Shown in pieces: positions 1 to 9,700 of a stretch of DNA of 64,000 bases. Under the pieces are notes generated by a model. The model was not told where the DNA came from. It saw only the letters and a list, made by a program, of their open reading frames with translations, and made no database searches. Every line of letters begins with the position of its first letter. Within the stretch, counting starts at the first letter, position 1. The DNA comes from Heteronotia binoei (Eukaryota): contig NC_083229.1 in NCBI RefSeq assembly GCF_032191835.1, positions 83,018,001 through 83,082,000 of the forward strand. Direction: 5' to 3'. The position numbers and the translations under genes were made by a program.

Positions 1-169
1 ACACAAGATTCACAAAGCTGAACAACCTATTTTACTTCAACATCATTTCAGAAACAGACAGGAACAGGAGATTGTAATTCAGTAATCATTACACACATCA
101 CAAAACTTAGGGCAATGGAACCCCCAGGCACCCAAAGGGGTTAACTCCATTCCCTTCATGGTATCCTAT

Positions 170-530
170 GGTTTTTTAAAGACAAACAAATATTTATTTA
201 AAGTATAAGCTTCTGTGTGCAAGCACACTTCCACAGATACATTCCAATAAAAATGTAGGCACCAAAGTTCACACAGTAAATCATATTTCTTCAAATATTA
301 CACGCAAGTAGGGGTGCGTTAGTAGCCAAAAAGAACTGATTAGAGTCAATATGCATACGTAACAGAGCAATAAACACAGTCAAGACTGGAATAACACATT
401 TGCTAGGACATATAAATGGTAGCAAATTGATGTTCAGATAATAAAGGAGTTAAAAACAGGTGTGAGAACCAAGTTAGAATCCAGTGGTCCCTTTAAAACC
501 AACAAAGTTTTTTTTAAAAAAAAAACCTAA
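170..530. mobile_element. Degenerate Penelope-like terminal-repeat fragment
   Basis: Resembles the reptile PLE terminal module seen at 2333-2666 (…aagcttctgtgtgcaagcacacttccacagatac…; gaatccagtggtccctttaaaaccaacaaa). Confidence 0.3.
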
Positions 531-1154
531 AACAAAACTGTGCATAAGCAAGAACTGAGTAATTTAGCTGGTGCAACTGGATTTACACAAGCTAAATCCA
601 ATATCTTTGTTGGGCCCTGGGGGTTCCACTGCCCTGAGTTTTGTAAAGATTGTAATCCAGCAATCACTTGTTCCAGTCTGTTTCTGAAATGATGTATTTG
701 GCAGCCAAATCAGCTATTTTTCCAGGTTGTATTCCATTCAGACAAACCGAACGCACATCTGTATTCTTTACAATGCTCAGAAAGAGGCACGTTGACAGAA
801 CTGTCTGTGATACTTTATATTCTAGTGTTTTTTAAATCCTAAATAGTAAATTGACAACAGACACCTAAGCTTTAAATTCTTCTGCATTCCTGCTTTGAAG
901 TTTAACTGTACTTCCACTGGATCTTCCTCCAAGTTGTAGTGTACAGAAGTGATGTATTTTCCAAGTTGAATATATATATGTATTACATGTGTATAGATAT
1001 ATTTATTAAAACCCTTAGGCAGCTGTTGCTGTCCATTGTTTTAATGTGGTGTTACTAAACAATTTTAGCTTTCTGTTGTTCAGCTGTTACATTTTTCTCT
1101 CTATCTGATGTTGGTGCTGCCTTCAGCTTTTTGGCACAATCTGATCTGGGAACA

Positions 1155-1425
1155 TGTTATGTATTGAGACTGGAACTTGGCCTTAGAGTCAAGCAGAGAC
1201 TTGACTGAGCTCGAGGTTCCATAATAGCTAACTGGATTCTGGAAAGAGGCCAATCAGGGATCGTTAGGCCAGCCATGAACCTATAGTTGTGTGTGATGGG
1301 TTTTAGTGTGGAGTTATTTGCATGCATATAAGCAGGACCTTTGTCCCTGCAAGTCAGTCAAGTTTCTACCTTGCTATGCTGAATTAACTATCACCTGAGC
1401 GTCCTCATGCTTCTAACCCAGTACA
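1155..1425 (+). mobile_element. Possible solo LTR
   Basis: TG…CA ends, CCAAT (gccaatca) and TATA-like (catataagc) motifs; no TSD found. Confidence 0.25.
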
Positions 1426-1703
1426 TTTCAGAACACAAATTGAATTTGAGTGATGACTCTCAAGGCTGATTTTGAACTGAATGATTTCCTAAGTACCTTG
1501 AGTAAAAATGGCAGCCTAAAACTCATTTCTTAGTCAAATACAAAGCTTTCATTTAGACTGTTCTATGCTTTAAAAACAAACTAACAACCTTTTAACCAGT
1601 CATTTAATTCATGATTGGAACAAGTTTCACATAAACAAAACTCTGCAAATTGATGTCATGAGTTTGAAATGTTTAGTTTAAAAAATTATATTATTGTTTG
1701 CTA

Positions 1704-1920
1704 TAGGGCTGTCAAGCTAGCACCGGGTGCAGGGAGAGAGCAGGCTGCCAAAGGGCCCTGTTGTCATCAACCAGAAGTGATGTCAACATGCTGGGCATGT
1801 CATGCCAGGAATGCTCTAGGATTCATGGTAAAACTTCATGGTACCATAGAGTTTTTACCACAAATCTTAGAGCATCATGCTGAGAAGACTTCCTCACCAC
1901 AGCAGAGGAGGGCAACCCTA
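1704..1920. mobile_element. Non-autonomous hAT-type MITE (TAGGGTTGCC…GGCAACCCTA family)
   Basis: TIRs tagggctgtc/ggcaacccta; 8-bp TSD gtttgcta (1696-1703)/gtttgata (1921-1928); internal palindrome aaacttcatggtaccatagagttt. Confidence 0.8.
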
Positions 1921-2332
1921 GTTTGATATATTAAGCCCTTTTTTACTTTTTTTTTTTTAAATGAGAACAGGCTATTGTCTCTTAGCAGTGAGTAAGCATT
2001 GAATTGTCTCAAAGATAAATTAGTAAAATAAACAAATTAAATTAGTAAAATAAGAACAATTCAGTAAACTAAATCTTCTAGATATTTGTGGAACTTTTCA
2101 AGCCTCAAGTGCTGATTGCCAGTTTTAGCTTTATGAATGCCATCAAAACTAAGATTAGAAATCGGCTAGATACAGATCACCTGGAGAATTAAATGAGAAT
2201 TAAACTGCATATGTCAAATGAGAATAATATTAATTCTGACAGTGTTTTCAATTTCTGGAAACAGAGAAAAGAAGAAGAGTTAAATTAAAACATTTTCTGA
2301 TAAAATTTGACTTGATTCTGCTTACAGTTATG

Positions 2333-2666
2333 GAAAAGAATAGAGAGTCCGGTAACACCTTAAAGACTGAAAAAATTTGTAGTAGGATGTGAGCTATTGT
2401 GAGTCACAGCTCACTTCTTCAGACAGTGAGCTGTGACTCATGATAGGTCACATCCTACCACAAATTTTGTCAGTCTTTAAGGTGCTACTAGACTCTTGCT
2501 CCCAAGACTTTTTTGAACTCCTTTGCATAATAGGCCACACCCCTCTTCTGTAGCCAATCATCCAAGAGTTTATAGGGCTCTTAGTACAGGGCCTACTGTA
2601 AGCTCTTGGAGGATTGTGCTGCTCTTTTCTACTGCTACAGACAGACTAACATGGCTACCCATCTGT
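2333..2666. mobile_element. Non-autonomous Penelope-related element with inverted terminal module (plus nested MITE fragment)
   Basis: Imperfect inverted repeat ~2345-2500 (gagtccggtaacaccttaaagactg…cagtctttaaggtgctactagactc); flanked by 11-bp direct repeat ttacagttatg (2322-2332, 2667-2677); degenerate hammerhead core on minus strand. Confidence 0.6.
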
Positions 2667-2941
2667 TTACAGTTATGTTTAAATCATTCCTAAAATATAG
2701 TTTTAAATAATTATTTAATACCCATGTAAGCAAGTTCCATATAAATATATAATTAATTCAAATGATAATAGTTTATATTTATGTTTGTAAACTAAAATAT
2801 AAAAATATAAAAAAATCTAAGTCCACTCACAATTTTAAAGCAAGCACCATTTTTGGCTCATGAAGGAAGGCATATTTTATCAACAAAGGAAAACTTTTGC
2901 TCGCAGCGCCTTGCACCTTAGAGTGAACTTGTATACCCATG

Positions 2942-3266
2942 TGTGACAGACAGGACAGATTCCATCTCTCTTTAAGAGCAACCAATGAGAACTGATAGAA
3001 TGTTGGGGAAAGACAGTTGGAAAATAGTTAAAAGAACAGTTGGGAATCAGCAGCTAGGGAGTTGAGGGAAAAGAAGATGTCTGACTGAGTTAAACTGTGG
3101 CAAAAAGTTTCTTAGAGTTGGCTGAAAAGAATCAATTTGTAACAAAGGATCCCAATTGCAGGAATAGGGAAACACTGTTACCTCTAACGTTCTTCAGTGT
3201 TATGTTCAACCTATAAATAAAAGTTAACTTCTTGCTTTGTTTAACCTTGTGAGCTTTTGTGTCTCA
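2942..3266 (+). mobile_element. Possible solo LTR
   Basis: tgtgaca…tgtctca termini, AATAAA near the 3' end; no matching TSD. Confidence 0.35.
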
Positions 3267-3341
3267 GAGGAAAATACACACACACACACACACAAGCACT
3301 AATATCTTGGTCCACATATGTATGTAGCATCTGAATGGAAC

Positions 3342-3541
3342 CAGAGCTTTTTTTGAGCAGAAACACACAGGAATGCCGTTCCGGCTGGCTTAGTGTCAGA
3401 GGGTGTGGACGAATATGCAAATGAGTTCCTGCTCAGCCCTTTCTACAAGAAAGCCCTTTGTGAAACAATGGTGATGTCAGGGAGTATGGCCTAACATACA
3501 AATGAGTTCCTGCTGAACTTTTTCTACAAAAAAAAGCCCTG
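3342..3541. mobile_element. Non-autonomous hAT MITE (CAGGGCTTTTT family)
   Basis: TIRs cagagcttttt/aaaaagccctg; perfect 8-bp TSD aatggaac (3334-3341, 3542-3549); internal direct repeat aaatgagttcctgct. Confidence 0.9.
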
Positions 3542-3549
3542 AATGGAAC

Positions 3550-3712
3550 AATGTATGAGACCAATGAGTCTGATAAAGCTGGAAAACTGCGTTATGCCCT
3601 GAACCAGACGATGCTGACTACAGGGCTATTAACAGGAGACAGTTAGAGAGGGGAAAATTGTGCGCAATGCTGTAGCTGAGTTCATTTACAGAAGATGTAG
3701 ATGTAGATGAAT
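3550..3712 (+). pseudogene. Probable C-terminal stump of a Harbinger (HARBI1-like) transposase
   Basis: With one frameshift reads EPDDADYRAINRRQLER/GKIVRNAVAEFIYRR, like the G-x-x-V-R-x-A-x-A-x-F tail of Harbinger transposases; followed by AATAAA signals (~3882, ~3931). No catalytic DDE region is visible. Confidence 0.4.
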
Positions 3713-4050
3713 TTGCAGTTCTCCCTAAATTACATGCGGTTAATCTGTCCCACATACTCAGGTGGGTACTGAAAGCCGGCCATTAAATTTCGCGCTTGCT
3801 CAGTTACGTAACTATGTGATAATGCTGTTTTTCATGTTTTTCATTTTTTACTGCTTTGAAACACCATATGCTTTTATATATAATAAAGTTGCTGCAGCAC
3901 TGCCTTTGCTACTGTATTCCTAACTACCTTTAATAAAGCCTGTTGCCTTGTTTAAACCACAAAAATAACCATTTGATATCCTTTTTCGGGGGCCAATGTA
4001 GTCTTGTCCGCCATATTTCATCTTCTGTCCATCAGCACATGCATTGCCGC

Positions 4051-4080
4051 CTGATTGGATAATTCAAAATAAAGGGCGGG
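4051..4080 (+). promoter_or_regulatory. Putative internal promoter of Myb/SANT gene 1 (inverted CCAAT box + GC box)
   Basis: ctgattgg at 4051-4058 and gggcggg at 4074-4080, about 55-85 bp upstream of ATG 4135. Confidence 0.4.
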
Positions 4081-4134
4081 TGGCTGATATCTTGCTAACG
4101 CGAAACTGCATTGTTACGATACTACATTATCAAA

Positions 4135-6272
4135 ATGGCTGTCAGGCGGAGAAGAGGAACTTTCTGGCAGAGGGATGAGGTCAGCGCTATGCTTCAGATT
4201 GTGGAAAGGAGCGGCTATGTGGAGGAGCTGATGTCCAGCATGCACATGGAGATGAGGGTGATTTATGCTGCCATTTCAAGGAGGCTAGGAAGGGGCTACA
4301 GCAGGACCGCGGAGCAGTGCCGGTCCAAATTTAAAAGACTGCGCTGCGATTTCATAGCGAGTCTGCAGGCCTGGGGAGGGATACCAAGGGCATCTGGTAG
4401 GACCCCATATCACGACAGGATGGTGCGGTTGTGGGAGCTTGCAAGGAGACCACGATGGGAGGATAGGCACCATGATTTTGAGTATGATCCCAACACACGA
4501 ACGTTCACCCCATTATTACTGCTTTAAGGCATAAGTACTATGACAGAACATTTCTCCCCTCCACTTCTCTCTGTTCTGATATTGCTTTTATAAATAAAAA
4601 TAGGGTCTAAAATTTGCATAGCAATTCCTGTTCCACACCCCATGGTGGCATGGCCCAAGGTTACACTCACCAATGTAATGGTGATGACTCTCAAATAATA
4701 ACTAAACACACAGGACTTATTAGATGCATCTTAGATGCTGCATGCTTATGGGACTGCATTTTGTTAACTAATGGGTAGTCCGCAGTTATGTTCAGTTAAC
4801 CAGAGCTTTAAGATGCCTTTAGCTGTGTGTTTGCATTGGTAGGCAGAGGCAGCCCTCTCATGTATCATGGTAGGAATGTAAATCCCTGTGCTTGCATGTA
4901 TGAGTTTTCTGCATTCCATTGCTAACAATGCTTCCATCACATATAACAGTTGACACCCGTCCAAGACCAGGGCAGCAGGAGCAGCTGCCATCGTGGCAGG
5001 AAGTAACAGAGGATGCAGAGGGTGCAGCAGATCCACAAGTGGAAGGCCCTGAAGTGCCAATGGAGGGGCACAGTGGTACACCACCTGATAAAGCATCCAC
5101 TGCATCAGGTGATGCACACTGAACTCAATAAGTATGGCTGTGAGCAGGCGTAGGGCAACCTAATATACATTACAGCAACCTGATGTTGAAGCGAGATGGC
5201 TAATAACTTCCCATTATTTGTGGCAGGATATGACTGACACCAATTGCTTATCATACATTACTTTATTGAGGGAGGGTGGGTGAGGGGTGGATGAAGGCAT
5301 TAAGTAAGGCATGAAGGAAGGAGGGAAGGCCAGAAGGCAGCCAGGCAGTTAGGTAGGTCATGGAGGGAATAAGTAAGGCAGAGAGAGCGGGTGGCATGGA
5401 GGGAATAAAAACACAGTACTGCAATAAAAACTACAGATGTCTGTTAGCATGCAGGCGATCATCATGTTCAATCTACCTATGCTCATGCAATGTTTGCGGT
5501 ATGCATGTTTTTCAAGTATTAAATATGTTATGTGACACATCTTAGGTGACACAAGTCCAGGAGGTGAGTGGGAGCAGCTGGAGCGGCCACAGGAAGCTGC
5601 AGCGGCAGAAGTGCCTTGCGTTGCTGCTCCAGATGAACACGTAGAGGAGGATGGTGGCAGCCAGCAGCATCACATGTCAGCAACTTCAGGTGCTGCAGAT
5701 TGAAAACAATGGGCATGGAGGGAGAGGTGGAAAGAGAGCAAATGTAACTATTACATTACACCCCATATAATTGATAATTGAGATGATATGAGTAAATTGT
5801 CTTCTCTAACGTTTAATGATGGTGATTGCATGCTTCTGTAGCACCACTAAGTGCTCCCTTGCTGAAAGACAGTGAAGTAAGCATGGCTTAATGAAGAAGC
5901 TTGGTAGAGCAATGCATCCCATTTTGACAATTTGCTTAGATGGAGGGTGTGCTTTCATTGTAGGGTCATCTGGAGGACCTGACGTACCGCATGATGTAGG
6001 TCCCGGGGAAAATTTCCTCACTGCATTAGCACGCTTAAAGGCCCTGTGCAGGTCTACATGTGAGTGTTCACAAATTACATTACAGTTATGTCATGGCAGT
6101 CATTTGCATGCATTTAACTTACTGGGTTTCCTCTTCAATTGCAGTCACTGCTTTCAATAACCGACTGGACGCCGTGGAGAGGAGGATGCGGTGATTTGAG
6201 CGGGAGCCAAGAGCACTGCAGTCCAGGATGGATGCATTAACAGGGGGTGGGGTTGTTGGGGAAATAGCTTAA
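4135..6272 (+). pseudogene. Myb/SANT-like (Myb_DNA-bind_4/MADF-type) gene 1, ~5 exons, C-terminal coiled coil
   Basis: Exon 1: MAVRRRRGTFWQRDEVSAMLQIV…IYAAISRRLGRGYSRTAEQCRSKFKRLR…TPYHDRMVRLW. Phase-1 exons 4950-5108, 5546-5689, 5964-6059 and 6145-6272 with AG acceptors. Last exon TAFNNRLDAVERRMR*FERE has an in-frame TGA at 6192-6194; the exon-1 donor is degraded. Confidence 0.75.
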
Positions 6273-6816
6273 TTGTTATCAAAAATAGTTCTATATCAAT
6301 GTTTTTATTCTGTTAAAAAAAGAATTTAATGTTATAATAAATAATATATGCTTTTTGACATTACTCTACATCTCTCTGGTATGTTGCCATTGCACTGAAA
6401 TGATTTTTAGTCCCACAGTGTGAGATGTGTCAAACATAACTTTATTAAAATGTGAAATAACATTATAACATAACGTTAGTCACGAAAACGTGAAAATAAG
6501 AGCCAAACAGTTGTACAGCTGTTGTACCTGAACAATACAGTTTAGGAATGGGTCGCCCTTGCTTTGCAAGCATAGCAAAACAAATTTTACCTGCGTTAAC
6601 AACAGTGATGCAGCAAGGAAACTATGGCTATAAGTTTCAAATTTCCTTGATGAGTATTCCTTCTGCAAACCAATAAATAACATTGCATAAACACACAACA
6701 AAATAACTTAACAGTATAGCAGGACTTACATCTGTAATAGATCCAGTGCTATATGTGTGCGATTGCCAAACCAAGCTTCCATGCAGTTATCCTTACATAT
6801 CCGTATGGAAATTTGA

Positions 6817-8870
6817 TTATGGCTCAAAATAGACCCGTTGCTTTCCTGTGCATGATCGTTTCTTGCCCCTACGGGAAGCCACAGCACTGTTACTTGAGGA
6901 GGGAGTATTGTCCAGGAGGCTCTGACTCTCAGGCATAGTGTCTTCTGCCAACACTGGCAAAGATGGCAATGATGCTCTGGTGCCTGCTATATCACTGACC
7001 TTTGTCTCTGCCCTACTGCTTTTGAGAAAGTCACCTATATTGGCTAGCATATCTACGGCTGCCCTCATCACATCTACAGTTTTCTGTGTGGCCTCATTCA
7101 ATGCCTGTCTGTCACGCTCCCCCTCCTCTGCTAGGACAGAGAACTTTCTGTTTTCAAGTGTTATCAGGCTGCCGAAGCGTTCCATGGCATCAGCATGTTC
7201 CGAATGACTTCGATTTATCATCTTAGTGGCAACCTCATTCAGCATAGCAACCCTCCATTGCCGATGTGCCTCATTCTCCCGCTTCTCATCTTTCTTTTGC
7301 TGTCTTGGTGATACAGGCCTCTCATCTCCTGAACTATCTGAAAGCACAATGAGGCAAAGCTTAGCTTTTCGGAAGTACTGTGTTCCTCTAACTCATGTTT
7401 GAAAACATAAAAAAGAATCCATTTGTAACATGTTCAATGCTACTGCATTAATGGTCTTTGCTACTGTGGAGTAATCACCAAGCACATGAGCATACCTCCT
7501 TCCCCTTCTTCCTGTTCCAACAGGACAGCTTCCCCTGCTCCTTGCTTTTCAGTCCCACAACCCTCTTCCTCATCACCGTCATCAGAAAGTGACACATTAT
7601 TCCGTTCTCCACCTGCTGAGGGGTCACAAATATAAGTGTCAGTTACAGAAATACTTTCCAGTGTATTTTGTTCTAAAATGAACTGCAATTTAAGCCGCCG
7701 TGAATACATAAAGCAGTCTCCTCAATGGCAATTATCTCTCCACCACACAGTGATCTGAGTATATAACATTGTGGTAGCAGGGTTATACATGTTAAAAGTT
7801 CAGCACTGCACATTTGGAGTTATGACATGGTCAATGCTTTTCATGTATAGGAAAGGTATGCATAGGCCACATCCATTCTCTATCAAGGGTCTGTGGCAGA
7901 AAGGACTGCATGCTGTACTTACCCCTCATAGACTGGTCAGTGATACCTGGATCTTCCACAGGCAGGTTCTGGTCATCGAATGTATTCTGAGTAGTCACAC
8001 ATCTTGAGCCTATAGAAATGTTGCAAAATGAATCCGATTTAGGTAATGCATGGAGGGAAAATAACAGCAGCACACGGGAACCATCACTGTTTTTAAATGC
8101 TTTGGGGGTTAGGGTTAACACTTTAGAAACCGTTTGACCAAAGAAAGGGAGGGCGGTATTGATTTGCCGCCTCACCATCATTGACTCCTCTCCCCCCCCC
8201 CCAGGCACCCGCTATATCTTCATGAGCCCTTTAAGAGGGGGGGGGCGTTGAGATAATTCAGAAATCAATTTTTTTTTAAAGGGAGAGACGTTTGAATGTA
8301 ATAAGTAGAGAGCAATCCCTAATGTGGGTTTCATTAGGGGTGAAAAGGGGGGGTTATTCAAATAAATTGATGGTCAAGGAACAGTGCGTGGTCGAGAAAC
8401 TCACCTGGAGTGGAGTCAGGGGTGTAAGTACAGAAATCTGCAGTGTTAATAGTCTCAAGGTCCATGCCAAACATGTCCTCTGATCCTGCATTAGGCATGT
8501 TCTCCTTGTTAGCCTTATAGAACTGCACCTTATAGCTTTTCTTGAGTACTGTTGGACGCACGAACCTATCATTCTTAAGGAAGCGGTTCAGCACGTTATA
8601 GTAAGGGCAGAACACTGGGGATCTTCCAGTCTGTGCGTTCTAGGTAACGCATCTCCGATAGTCCCTACGCAAGCCCTTTTTTTTAGTGCGGCACTCATGA
8701 GCCGACCTTTTGTGTCCCTGGGCATGCATTTCCCTAGATATTCTCTCATAAACATTGATGTTTTTGTGGCTAGCAGCGAGCACCCTCTGTATCTTCTCTT
8801 CACTCCAAATGGTCAGCAAAGCTTCTGTTTCCCGTGCACGTGCGCCGATAGGCTTGCTGCTTAAAGCCAT
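6817..8870 (-). pseudogene. Myb/SANT-like (MSANTD/ZSCAN29-type trihelix) gene 2, 4 exons, ~416 codons, one premature stop
   Basis: Exons 8870-8405, 8009-7923, 7672-7496 and 7337-6817; GT-AG phase-1 introns (GTGAGT, GTAAGT, GTATGC donors). Domain: ETEALLTIWSEEKIQRVLAASHKNINVYERISREMHAQGHKRSAHECRTKKKGLRRDY…CPYYNVLNRFL; single TAG at 8640-8642. Confidence 0.85.
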
Positions 8871-9224
8871 TGCTCGCCTGTACTTTACTGCTGTGCGGTG
8901 GAAGAGACTGCAAGCTATGCAATGCTGCCTGCTGCTACCGGCCCCTTCTTCCTCCCATGCAAATTATGATGATTGCAGGAAATCACAACCTGATTTGTCG
9001 CTTCCACGCAAAGCCTGCCAGCATTGGCCAGCTCGCAGTGATGTGGGCTATTCTCTGATCCTCGTGTAGGAGTCGCAGTCTTCACGAGATTCCTCAACCC
9101 CCCCCACACAGGTCTGCAAACATAAACATGGCGTCAAAGTCAATTTATGAGCATACGATAGCTTACATTCCAAATATTACTTAGGTGGTGTTAAAGGTGC
9201 AGTTGTCTAGCGCTATGCTCTATT

Positions 9225-9700
9225 GCTTTATACCAACATGACTGCCCACGTGGATCAACCCTCATGCATACTAACCTATCATTTAATGGATGCGGATTGC
9301 ATTGTAACAGAATAAAACCAAATACCCAAAAAATGGCGAGCACGTGTCATTAGTAAATGGATGGTTGCTTTAGACCAACATGACTGCCCATCTGGATCAA
9401 TCCTCATGCATGCATATATCACTTAATGGATGCGGATTTCATTGTAATGCAATAAAATGACAGTAAATAAGGTGGGCACATGTTAGTAAGTGGATGGTTG
9501 CTTTAGACCAACACAACTGCCCACCTGGATCAACCCTCATGCATGCGTGTATCACTTAATGGATGTGGATTTCGTTGTAACACAATAAAATGACAGAAAA
9601 ATAATAAAAATAAAATGACAGAAAAATAATAAAAATAAAATGACAGAAAAATAAGGCCCGCACATGTCATTAGTAAGTGGATTGCAATCAAATGGATTGC
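9225..9700. repeat. Tandem array: three ~135-140 bp units plus three ~27-bp units
   Basis: Unit tgcttta(t/g)accaaca…ctgccca…tggatcaa(c/t)cctcatgcat…taatggatg(c/t)ggatt starting ~9226, ~9366, ~9499; aataaaatgacagaaaaata x3 at ~9583-9655. Confidence 0.9.

Noticed and set aside
540-840. Open frames on both strands (e.g. …VGPWGFHCPEFCKDCNPAITC…)
   Set aside because: Short, no recognisable family, no consistent splice pair; treated as chance.
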